Origin: a virus
Virus record (IMG/VR): IMGVR_UViG_3300024981_000009
DNA length: 64,000 bases
Reading direction: 5' to 3' (one strand)
In this document: positions 1 to 10,381 of the stretch, one piece after another
How positions within the stretch are numbered: position 1 is the first letter of the stretch
Layout of the letters: each line of letters starts with the position of its first letter
The notes under the pieces: generated by a model
What the model was told of the DNA's origin: nothing
Databases searched by the model: none
Seen by the model: the letters and a program-made list of their open reading frames with translations, nothing else
Position numbers and translations under genes: made by a program

Positions 1-164
1 GATTTAGTATCCTTGATTATGTTAACAATAAAATGAAAGTTTTTGTTTTGCTAAAATTTTAATTTTCACGCACAAACATTTGAAGATAAAAATGTTATGA
101 ATTTTACCTCATAAAACAGCAGATTCATTAGAGTTTTAATATTTTATGAAATTCTTACAATATC

Positions 165-2640
165 TCGAAGAAAATATTAATAAATAATATAATATTGAAC
201 ATAAACAATATTAATGTAGTTTAACTAATATTCAAAATGAATATTATAAGTTTTTGATAGATCTTGACAAATATTGATAATATTCCTCTTGGAAGAATAT
301 TATCAACCCAGCGTATGTGTATCAAAATTTATATATTTAATGAAGTATAGTTATATCACATTAATATTGTCTGAATATTTATACATTAGAACATAATAAT
401 TTTTACTTGATTTTAGATACCAATTGGAAGATTTCTTCTGATAAAGAAATCTGTCAGTTCAGCCTATAGTTATTAAAATTTTATACATTTAAAAATTTGG
501 ACTAGTCAGACTGTGTCAAAATAGTCCATATAATTTTATTCAAAAATATTCCTATTATATTTGTTATATATATTAATTTATTTTTTTATATTAATAAATA
601 AAATATTAATAAATAATATAATAATAAACATAGACTGTATTAATGTAGTCTAACTAGTATTCATTTTGAATATTATAATTTTTTATTAGCCCTTAACAAA
701 TGTTGAAAGTGTCTTTCTAAAGAAAGACACTTTCAACCCGTTAAATATATAATAAAGTTTTATATGTTATAAATGAAATTCAGTTATACTATATAAACAC
801 TGTCTAAATGTTTATTCAATTAAATGATAATATTTTTAATTTGTTTTCAATCATCTTTAGTGGATTTCCTCGTTAGAGGAAATCCGTCAACCTATTTTAC
901 ATCTATTAAAATTTTATATGTCTTAAATTTTGGACTAGTCAGACTGTATCAGAATAGCCCACATAAATTTATTCAAAAATATTCTGATTATATTTATTAT
1001 ATATATTAATTTATTTTTATATATTAATAAATAAAATATTAATAAATAATATAATAATAAACATAGACTGTATTAATGTAGTTTAACTAGTATTCATTTT
1101 GAATATTATAATTTTTTATTAACCCTTAACAAATGTTGAAAGTCTTCTTCTTTAGAAGAAGACTTTCAACCCGTTAAATATTTAATATAGTTTTATATGT
1201 TTCAAATGGGTTATAGTTACATCGCATTAATACAGTCTATATATTTATTCGATTAAATGACAATAATTTAATTTTTTTTATGATCTTCTTTAGTAGATTT
1301 TCTCGCTAGAGAAAATCCATCAATTTAGTTTACACCTATTAAAATATTACATGTCTTAAATTTTAGACTAGTCAGACTGTATCAGAATAACCAACACAAA
1401 ATTATTGAAAAATATTCCTATTATATTTATTATATATATTAATTTTATTTTTTTATATTAATAAATAAAATATTAATAAATAATATAATAATAAACATAG
1501 ACTGTATTAATATAGTCTAACTAGTGTTCATTTGAAAAATTATAATTTTTTATTAGTCCTTAACAAATGTTGAAAGTGTTATTCTAAAGAATAACACTTT
1601 CAACCCGTTAAATATTTAATAAAGTTTTATATACTATAAATGAATTTCAGTTATATTACATTAACACTGTCTAGATATTTATTCGATTAAACGTTTATAA
1701 TTTTGATTTGTTTTTGATTATCTTTGGTAGATTTTCTCTAGCGAGAAAATCTATCAATCTAGTCTACACTTATTAAAAATTTATATGTCTTAATTTTTAG
1801 ACTAGTCAGACTGTATCAGAATAGTCTGTATAAATTTATTCAAAAATATTCTGATTATATTCATTATATATATTAATTTATTTTTATATATTAATAAATA
1901 AAATATTAATATATAATACAATAATAAACATAGACTGTATTAATGTAGTCCAACTAATATTCATTTTGGATATTATAATTTTTTATTAGCTCTTAACAAA
2001 TGTTGAAAGTGTCCTTCTTTAGAAGGACACTTTCAACCTGTTAAACATATAATAAAGTTTTATATGTTTTAAATAGGTTGTAGTTACATCATATTAATTC
2101 TGTCTATATATTCACTTAATTAAATGATATAATTTTAGTCAAATATCAATCTTTGTTGATAGGTTTCCTCATTAAAGAGAATCTACCAATTTAATATAAA
2201 CCTAATAAAATATTACATGTCTTAATTTTTAAACTAGTCAGACAGTATCAGAATAATCCACATACAAATATTCAAAAATATTCTGATTATTTTTCTTTGC
2301 GTGAACGCAAAGAAAAATGAGATGTTGCGAATTTCGCCCTGCGAAATTCTTGCAACATCGTATATTTATTATATATATTAATTTAATTTTTTATGTTGGT
2401 AAATAAAATAGCAATGAATAATACAATTAAAATAAAGACTGTATTAATGTAGTACAAACAGTATCAATTTGACAAATTGTGAAATTTTGATAGCACTTAA
2501 CAAATGACGATAGAATTTCTTGATAAAGAAATTTTATCAATCCGTTACAAATTATCAAAATTTCACATACTGTCAAAAACTATACATATACACAACATTA
2601 ATACAATCTATAAATTCTCTCATGACATTCAAATAATTTT
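165..2640. repeat. Tandem array of a ~433-bp palindromic unit (about 4 well-conserved copies plus degenerate ends)
   Basis: Anchor ACTAGTCAGAC recurs at 501, 934, 1367, 1801 and 2233 (period 432-434). Each unit has a 36-bp palindrome (702-737, 1135-1170, 1569-1604, 2002-2037) and a second hairpin (862-885, 1296-1317, 1728-1753). Confidence 0.95.
2291..2360. mobile_element. 70-bp double-hairpin insertion element flanked by TAT
   Basis: Absent from sister repeat units. TAT lies at 2288-2290 and 2361-2363. A near-identical element lies at 55171-55240. Confidence 0.75.
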
Positions 2641-2901
2641 AATATTACCATGAAATCAATAATTTTATGATATTTCAAATATTTATTTTCACCTTATACA
2701 CTCCAAATTAAAATACAAAACATTTTGTCGACAATATCTATTTAATAAATTACCATTATCATGAAATAGTCTCAACCCAAATTAATTTCATCCACCATAT
2801 GATCATCATTAATAAACATATTTTATCCGTTACATATACATCCCAATTACACAATATATGATATATTTCAATTCTTTTTCAGAAAATTAAAAAATTTTTT
2901 A

Positions 2902-2909
2902 AAAATTGA
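2902..2909 (+). promoter_or_regulatory. AAAATTGA giant-virus early promoter-like motif
   Basis: Lies ~90 bp upstream of the ATG at 3001. The motif is the known Mimivirus early promoter, but chance hits are likely in AT-rich DNA. Confidence 0.4.
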
Positions 2910-3000
2910 TTTTTAAATTAAAAAAAATTCACCTTAAATCTGAATATTAACTAAAAAGAAATTTTAATCAAAGCGACTTACCCAGCGAAAAAATTAAAAG

Positions 3001-4791
3001 ATGTTTGTCAACGGTGATGTGAACGGTGGAAACACTGTATCATTTATGTTGTCTAAGTCCACACACAGTATCGTTGATATTAATGTGGCAGAAATGAAAT
3101 ACCGACACCCAACTTCATTCATTCATTTGATGTCTGAAGATGAGGCTGTCAGTATGATATATTATAAGAGATACCATGACTTCATTGATTTATCACATAA
3201 ATCAGTGAACATGGTTGACGTATATTGGGAGCTTAATAAACAATACTTATTAAGCTCTAGCAGATGTAATGAAATTAGTTCAAGGAGAAACTTATCAATT
3301 GATAAGGTTCTTCTTAACTATTTCAAAAATAATGTAAATATAACCCCATCTCAAGTCTCTAACATCATATATACAGAGATAATCAATGAATTATACATGA
3401 GACTTGAATGGGAAGAAAGTAAATTATATGATGCTATCAAATCCTTCCGTTTAGTGAATTTTGATATTACCATAGAAGATATTGATAAGTGGAAATGTAA
3501 ATACGCTGAGCTCGAGGAACAGAATCGTGTGAAGTGGCTTACATATCTATTTAAAGTGTTAAATGATGTTTTCAAGAACAATATAATTAATTTTGTTAGT
3601 GATGATATTACCGACGAAATCAAAAATTTAGTGTTAAATGAACAAATAATTCCTTCTAGTAATTTTGATCTTTATGAAAGTGAAAGATTTAATTATTTGT
3701 TTGAAGTAGATATGAGCAAGATTGTTTTAGATGATGGTTTATGGAAAATTATTGAAGGTGAAAAAATCATCACAACTGCAAAAATTAATTCGGGATATAC
3801 AAGAAATACTGACAAAATTGTATCATTTAAAACATTTTATACCTCAACAATTAAAGATGATATTATGGGAAATTCTGATAAATCTGATAAATCTGATACA
3901 AATTGCTGTACAATAAACAACAATAAAGATAAATATTCCAGACGTAAACAATTACAGGAAGAAATGTTTGGTAAATTTAATGCAGGAACATATCGTAAGG
4001 ATGAATCGATAATTAATATCATTAGGAAACAATATGGAAATATTGATAGAAAAACTATGCGTGAAATTAATAGGGACAGATATTCATCGAGTAATTCAAA
4101 TAATGATTTTGTTTCCAAACAATATGAGAGTACCAGCAGAAAAACCATAAATAAAAATAACACAGAATCACAACCAGTAAATAATAATTTTGTCATAAAA
4201 CAATCTGAAGGTATTGATAGAAAAACCATGCGCCAGAATAATAGAGATAAATATTTGTCAAATAATACAGACGTACAACCTGAAAATACTGATAGAAAAA
4301 TCACACGCGAAAATATTAGAGATCAATATTTATCATGTAAACCAGATATACAATCAGTAAATAGTAAATTTATTGACAAAAAAACTATAAGGGAAAATAA
4401 TATGGATCGTTACCTGGAAAAGAAATCAGAATATAATAAATTAGATATTGTTAAAGCTGAATCAGTTGAAATAGATGATGATGATATGAAATACTATGAA
4501 ATTGTTGAAGAATCAGATGTGATGAAATATTTGGATTATTTTCATTTCATATTTTTCAGAAAGTGTGGTAAATTCTATGTTCATAGACATCATTTTGAAA
4601 ACATAACAAGAATGTATAACAAATGTAAGAAATATTCATTGAAAGTAGGTGATTTTGTTAGTAAGATATATAAAACTACTTTGTCTAATGACAGAAAATT
4701 CAAAACATCTCATATTGGGTCGTTATTCAAAAATAACAAGTTGAATTTGGGTTATTATCTCCCCAGTATGTTTGATCCAGTTATGAATTAA
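3001..4791 (+). CDS. Hypothetical protein with internal IDRKTxRExNRD(R/K)Y repeats
   Basis: 596-aa ORF. The motif recurs about 5 times in the C-terminal half. Confidence 0.8.
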   Translation: MFVNGDVNGGNTVSFMLSKSTHSIVDINVAEMKYRHPTSFIHLMSEDEAVSMIYYKRYHDFIDLSHKSVNMVDVYWELNKQYLLSSSRCNEISSRRNLSIDKVLLNYFKNNVNITPSQVSNIIYTEIINELYMRLEWEESKLYDAIKSFRLVNFDITIEDIDKWKCKYAELEEQNRVKWLTYLFKVLNDVFKNNIINFVSDDITDEIKNLVLNEQIIPSSNFDLYESERFNYLFEVDMSKIVLDDGLWKIIEGEKIITTAKINSGYTRNTDKIVSFKTFYTSTIKDDIMGNSDKSDKSDTNCCTINNNKDKYSRRKQLQEEMFGKFNAGTYRKDESIINIIRKQYGNIDRKTMREINRDRYSSSNSNNDFVSKQYESTSRKTINKNNTESQPVNNNFVIKQSEGIDRKTMRQNNRDKYLSNNTDVQPENTDRKITRENIRDQYLSCKPDIQSVNSKFIDKKTIRENNMDRYLEKKSEYNKLDIVKAESVEIDDDDMKYYEIVEESDVMKYLDYFHFIFFRKCGKFYVHRHHFENITRMYNKCKKYSLKVGDFVSKIYKTTLSNDRKFKTSHIGSLFKNNKLNLGYYLPSMFDPVMN

Positions 4792-5319
4792 ACATTGTAT
4801 TATTGTTATTGTAAATATATAGGAATTTTTGATATTTTGTAAATAATCAATTATATTGTGTTTTTCTCGGATATTTATCATGTAATTTAATTTATTGCTA
4901 ATCAGAAATTATCAACCATTACATATACTGTATGTCGTTTTCAGATGTATTATGTATGTTAATCATGAATATAAAGTAATATAAATCTATTTTTTTTCGG
5001 CGATTGTACTATTAGAAAAAATTATTTCATTACAAGTGTTTTATATCTTATATTAAACATATTGGAAAAATAAATATTTAGCTGTTTGTTTATATCATTA
5101 TGTTAAAATAACAAGGTATTAAATTATATTGTGAAATAAATACTTTACTTCTTGTTCGAATTGTTTGCTTAAAATCGTATTAGACACATATATGTGTAAT
5201 TATCTTTTTCTTACAAAACATATCAAGTAATAATGTTAAACCAGACATTTTGTTATAAATACATATTTACAAGATCACATCAAAATAAATATTTTTATAA
5301 CTTGTTGGAAAATAATATT

Positions 5320-6145
5320 ATGTCATAAAATCAGATACTTCATTATTTGTTTACTAAATTATGTCAGGAATATAATAAATATCCTTTTTCTTATTTACAA
5401 ATTAGACATACAATAATGTTAAAATTAAATATACGATATTTTTTAACAGTAATACACTGAAAATTAGATAATTAATTTCCATGTAATTTATGTCGATAAG
5501 TCAGATACCCGTGCAAATCAATTATGGGTCTATAGACCCATAATTGATTGCACCGGCGTTTAACGCCAGTATCTCTTGTTTACAAAAACATATTAAAAAC
5601 CAAATAATTAATATTTCTATAACCCATGTCAGTAGGCCAGATACCCTGTCTCTTATTTACAAAAATATATTAAAAATTAAATAATTAATATTTCTATAAG
5701 TCATGTCAGTAGGCCAGGTACCCTATCTCTTGTTTACAAAAATATATTAAATATAAGTGATTATTATTTGTAATTCATGTCAGTAAATCAGATACTCTAT
5801 CTCTTATTTATAAAATTACATTAAATTCAAATAACCATTTTTTTGTAACTTATGTCAGTAAATCAGATACCCTATCTCTTATTTACAAAAATATATTAGA
5901 ATAGGTGGTTATTTTTTAAATTATGTAAGTAGATCAGGTACCCTATCTCTTATTTACAAAATTATATTAAATTCAAATAGCTATTTTTTTGTAACTTATG
6001 TTAGTAAACCAGATATCCTATCTCTTATTTACAAAATAATATTAAAATTATATATTTTGTCAATAGTATTATATTGGAAAAACAGATCCCCGTATAGAAT
6101 AATTATTTAACTTAATGTTAAGTACCGACATCTCTTATTAATAAA
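5320..6145. repeat. Tandem array of a ~75-bp unit (core ATGTCAGTAAATCAGATACCCTATCTCTTATTTACAAAA)
   Basis: Anchor TCTCTT(A/G)TTTA at 5572, 5649, 5726, 5800, 5875, 5946 and 6021, with degenerate copies on both flanks. Confidence 0.9.
5511..5569. mobile_element. 59-bp double-hairpin insertion containing a perfect 34-bp palindrome
   Basis: Splits the repeat core GATACCC|TATCTCTT. Contains AATCAATTATGGGTCTA-TAGACCCATAATTGATT closed by GTGC/GCAC, then GGCGTT-T-AACGCC. Confidence 0.65.
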
Positions 6146-6277
6146 TTCATGATAAAATTAAATATTTGATATTTTGTTAATAATATTACATTGAAAATCG
6201 CATTAAAAATCATATACCTATACTTTATTTATTAAATATTACAATTATTATACATTCATAAAATTATATTATATCTG

Positions 6278-9200
6278 TTAATTCAAAAGTACAGTTAAAA
6301 ATTTAGATAATTTACCATTTCTCACGTTATTATTTGTAGTTACCATATTATTGTCTGAATCATCTACATTATTGACAACATTATCTTCATTGTGCATAAT
6401 TGTAGCTAAGAAATTAAATAATTTATCATTTTTGACAGTAATAACATCTGGGATATTTACATTATGAACAATATTACTTTCTCTGTGATAATTTCCTGAT
6501 GAATTATTTGAATCATTATCTGAAGAATCACTTAAGTTGTCAAATACATTAATTGGTGGTATATCTGAATCATCTGGATCGTTGTAATCATTATAGTCAT
6601 CATGATTATTATTAGCTGAAATACCATCTAATTCGTTATTGTGAATATATTCTTCATTTTCGATATAATTTTCATTTTCACTACTGGTTAAAATATCATC
6701 ATAATCACTATAATTATCATATTCTTCATTTTCTCTATCTGTCAAATTATCATCATAATTGGAATTATGATCTTCACGGCTGACCAATTCGTCATCTGAA
6801 TCACTGTACACGTCATCAGAGTCAAAATTAGAATTGATATCTGAATTATCATCATCAGAATCAGAATTATGGTCTTCATGGCCGACCAAATCATCATCTG
6901 AATCACTGTACACGTCATCAGAGTCAAAATTAGAATTAATATCTGAATTATCATCATCAGAATCAGAATTATAGTCTTCATGGCCGACCAAATCATCATC
7001 TGAATCAAAGTTATGATTTTCATTTTCACTACCTGCTAAATTATCGTCTGAATCAAAAGTATAATCCTCATGAATGAGTAAACTATCATCAGAATCAGAA
7101 TTATGATCTTCATGGCCGATCAAATCATCATCTGAATCAAAATTATGTTCTTCGTTTTCATTATTGATTAAGTTACTTTCAGAATCCGAACATGAACCAT
7201 TAATTGTTAATTTATCGGAATGTTCATCATCATTTGTATAACTGTCAATAATATCACCTATAATGTCGTTAAAGCCATCCTCACCCTCCACATCTGAACT
7301 GTCTGAACTATCTGTTAAATTTAACATAATTTCATTAATATCCGAAATACTTGAATTACTTGAACTGCTTAAATCTTCAATTTTATCTTTCTTTTCAATA
7401 ATATCATCATGATATATGTTGGCTAAGCTGTTATTACAAGTAAATTCAATAATTGGTTTTTCGTGATATATAACATCGTCCATATCATTCATTAAAATAT
7501 TTTCCGAATTATCTGTGTGTAAAACAATTTCAAGATTTTCTGATATCATATTTCCATTTTCTGACAAATCGATTAAGTTTATATTATTATCAACGATTTC
7601 ATTCATATGTACATCAGAAACATCAATATGTTTATCTACACAATCTTCAATTTTCATATCTGATAATTCCTCCATTATCCAATTCTTAATTCCACGGCCA
7701 CTCACTTCATTTCTTTCAACTTGACTATTATTTTTATCCTCACCCTTGTTCACTTCTTTCTTCACTCTTTCACCAACACTCTTATTCTCACTCACTTCTT
7801 TTCTTCCGCTCTTACCTCCAACCTTAACCATAATCTCATTGTTCTTATTTTCAACCTCGACCTTACATTTCCTACACACGATCTCAACCTTACCACTTTC
7901 ATTTCTCACACCTTTAACACAACCTTCAACTTCAATCTCAACCTCACATTTCTTACACACAACTACAACTACATCACTTTCAACCTCAACACTTCTCATA
8001 CTTTTAACTCCATTCTCTTTAACCTCATTCTCATCTTCGCCCTCCTTGATCACAATATCCCCCTTTTTCACAAGATCTGATAAGACTTTATTTAAGATGT
8101 CTGTATCCTTGAGGTAATCAAAAAGAGAATGTGTAGCAGACCCCATATTTTTCTCTTTTTCCTTTTGGAAAGCCATTAAGTCAGCAATATCTTTAGAAAA
8201 GGCAATATCTTCGGGATCATCTTCAACTGTCCTACATTCGTGGTTTTTTGACAACCTCTGTACAATGGTGTTAATTTCACCACGAATGTGTTTGTCCCAG
8301 TTTCTGAGATATTGCCTTGAAATGACCTTATTACAGTCGTAGATGTCACCGACGATCTCATTAGCGTGGTCAATCCATTCAGCATAGCACTTATCTGCAT
8401 TGTTAATAGTGTACTGTAACATATGCATATCAAATTTGCTTGGATTGACTCTCAGCATAATTTCATTGTCGTATATGATGACATCTTCATCCGACTTTGC
8501 GGTAGCTCCCTTGTTCACACTACCGCGAGGCTTTCCTACTGGGCGCTTATTAAGTTCCTCCAACGCCTTTTCTTCTGGAGTCTTATTTTTACTTCCCATG
8601 GGTCTGCCAACTCCCCTAATCTCTTTGACTTCTGGTTTAGGAGATGGTTGTACAAACTTTACGGGAACGTATGGCTTAGTTACCCTATGTTTACTAAGAG
8701 GATGGTAATGGTGTGCTGGATGATATACCCCTACTGAAACTGATTCTCCAGATGCTGGACTGATCATAGTGACCAATTTAGGAGTGATCAGTGGTATTGG
8801 TTTCACAATTTCAGTTTCAGTGGGAGTAATATCAGCATCAGTAACTCTGTTACCATCTTTCTTCTTCAATATTTGGATGCCAACTGTATTATTATCGTGG
8901 TTATCATCCTCTAATAATTTAGAATTATCAAAGCTACAGCTATTGATAATCTTTACATCAACATTATCTGGATTTACTGCATTTAAGGGGGCAGGAACAG
9001 GGAGCACACCAGATTTTTTAACAATATTTGCTTTTTCAGCAGGAGCGACAGGATCCTGCTTACTTGCATTATATGAATCGATGAAGGAGTAATACTTCAT
9101 GCTATCGAGTTTTCTACCTCTCTTTACTCCCTCAAACTTAATATCATCGGGTATTTTATACCCACCAATAGTGAATTCTGGATTTGGTAATGGTTCAAAT

Positions 9201-9532
9201 CCAGTAATAATTCCATTAGAAAGAGACTTTAAAGTCTCTAACACTACAATATCAATTCGGGAGCCTTCCTTAGATGGTCTCCCTCTTCTAATAACGTAAT
9301 CTTCGTGGAGGAATTCCCATAACTTTTCCATGTGGAACACGGTGGTAAGGTTATGGAAATTGTTTTCCTCCACTTTCGTAGCACTATCATAAATAAGCTT
9401 TTCTCTAGCTTTGGTATATTCATCATTGATGAATGTAGTTACCTCCACTGAGAGAAAAGTTGCCTCGTTGGCTTTAACATAATTGTTGATCCTGTCGATC
9501 AAGTCAGTCGCTGATTGGGTATAGTTGCTCAT
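6278..9532 (-). CDS. Large protein with AT-hook-like motifs, CxxC pairs and an acidic D/N-rich repetitive tail; paralog of 52564-54603
   Basis: ~1084-aa ORF with RRGRP, KRGRK, GVGRP and KPRG motifs and CKKC/CRKC. Has a 34-aa (102-bp) acidic repeat near 6790-7000. Shares FHNLTTV, GFE..PNPEF.IGGY.IPD and RVNP.KF..HMLQYT with the paralog. Confidence 0.85.
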   Translation of the reverse strand: MSNYTQSATDLIDRINNYVKANEATFLSVEVTTFINDEYTKAREKLIYDSATKVEENNFHNLTTVFHMEKLWEFLHEDYVIRRGRPSKEGSRIDIVVLETLKSLSNGIITGFEPLPNPEFTIGGYKIPDDIKFEGVKRGRKLDSMKYYSFIDSYNASKQDPVAPAEKANIVKKSGVLPVPAPLNAVNPDNVDVKIINSCSFDNSKLLEDDNHDNNTVGIQILKKKDGNRVTDADITPTETEIVKPIPLITPKLVTMISPASGESVSVGVYHPAHHYHPLSKHRVTKPYVPVKFVQPSPKPEVKEIRGVGRPMGSKNKTPEEKALEELNKRPVGKPRGSVNKGATAKSDEDVIIYDNEIMLRVNPSKFDMHMLQYTINNADKCYAEWIDHANEIVGDIYDCNKVISRQYLRNWDKHIRGEINTIVQRLSKNHECRTVEDDPEDIAFSKDIADLMAFQKEKEKNMGSATHSLFDYLKDTDILNKVLSDLVKKGDIVIKEGEDENEVKENGVKSMRSVEVESDVVVVVCKKCEVEIEVEGCVKGVRNESGKVEIVCRKCKVEVENKNNEIMVKVGGKSGRKEVSENKSVGERVKKEVNKGEDKNNSQVERNEVSGRGIKNWIMEELSDMKIEDCVDKHIDVSDVHMNEIVDNNINLIDLSENGNMISENLEIVLHTDNSENILMNDMDDVIYHEKPIIEFTCNNSLANIYHDDIIEKKDKIEDLSSSSNSSISDINEIMLNLTDSSDSSDVEGEDGFNDIIGDIIDSYTNDDEHSDKLTINGSCSDSESNLINNENEEHNFDSDDDLIGHEDHNSDSDDSLLIHEDYTFDSDDNLAGSENENHNFDSDDDLVGHEDYNSDSDDDNSDINSNFDSDDVYSDSDDDLVGHEDHNSDSDDDNSDINSNFDSDDVYSDSDDELVSREDHNSNYDDNLTDRENEEYDNYSDYDDILTSSENENYIENEEYIHNNELDGISANNNHDDYNDYNDPDDSDIPPINVFDNLSDSSDNDSNNSSGNYHRESNIVHNVNIPDVITVKNDKLFNFLATIMHNEDNVVNNVDDSDNNMVTTNNNVRNGKLSKFLTVLLN

Positions 9533-10381
9533 AGTCACAGTCGCAAATATACTTATACTTACACTTTTAACTGTTTTTTTCTATTTAAGACAAAAAATAT
9601 TTTTTTGAAAAAAATTAAAATTATTTATTTTAAAATGTGGATAATCACTTTATTTTATGTATGTGAGTGTTACTGATAATTTTATAAATATGATATATAA
9701 GATTTTGATAGTCATTAAATAAAAATATATTTTATTTTTAATTTAGCTGTATATATTACGTATTAAATATATTTTTCGTATTTATATTTTAAGACATATG
9801 ATGATTTAAATATATGAAAATAAAATACAGATGAAATAATAATGATATAGGACTTAATCGTCTATGAAATCTGTTGTGAATAATAGTTAATAGTATACAT
9901 AATAATTTATAATGTATATATGAATTTTTTTTGAAAATATTAATAATTTACTATTTGATTACATATAAAATTGAAATTTTAATATATTTCATGTTATGAC
10001 TGTGTCAAAGTCTTAAAATATTTATGAAGTTAAAAAATTTCTTATATTGAGCATAAAATACAGTGTATTGAATATTATTAAAAATATATTCGTATTTATT
10101 TATATATTATATTTAATTACTTATTATATTTAATATAATAAAATATTAATATAAATGACAATAAATAATATATATGATAATTTGCTGTGTAAATATAAAA
10201 TTTATTAATGGTTAGAATATGTTATTAGCTTTGGGATATACAAATCTGAAAAATTTGTATGTTTTCAAATATTGATCGTAATATAATTATAAATTACTAA
10301 TGGAATTAAAAATTTCAATATTTTGTATATTAATTTATTATATTTTTGTTAAAAATATAATTTATACAAACGGAAAAAATT

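Noticed and set aside
824..1009. 61-aa ORF (similarly 54877-55080 and 63577-63870)
   Set aside because: They lie in or next to non-coding repeats, are not preserved in sister units, and show no protein motifs.
5490..6050. CRISPR-like appearance (conserved ~40 bp plus variable ~35 bp)
   Set aside because: The intervening segments resemble each other, the repeats are degenerate, and no cas genes are present. It is a tandem repeat.
7515..9426. Multiple short overlapping ORFs within the 1086-aa gene
   Set aside because: They are alternative-frame or antisense shadows of a biased-composition gene.
9540..10380. Degenerate relic of the 433-bp unit in the AT-rich gap
   Set aside because: The resemblance is limited to low-complexity AT runs, and the diagnostic palindromes are absent.
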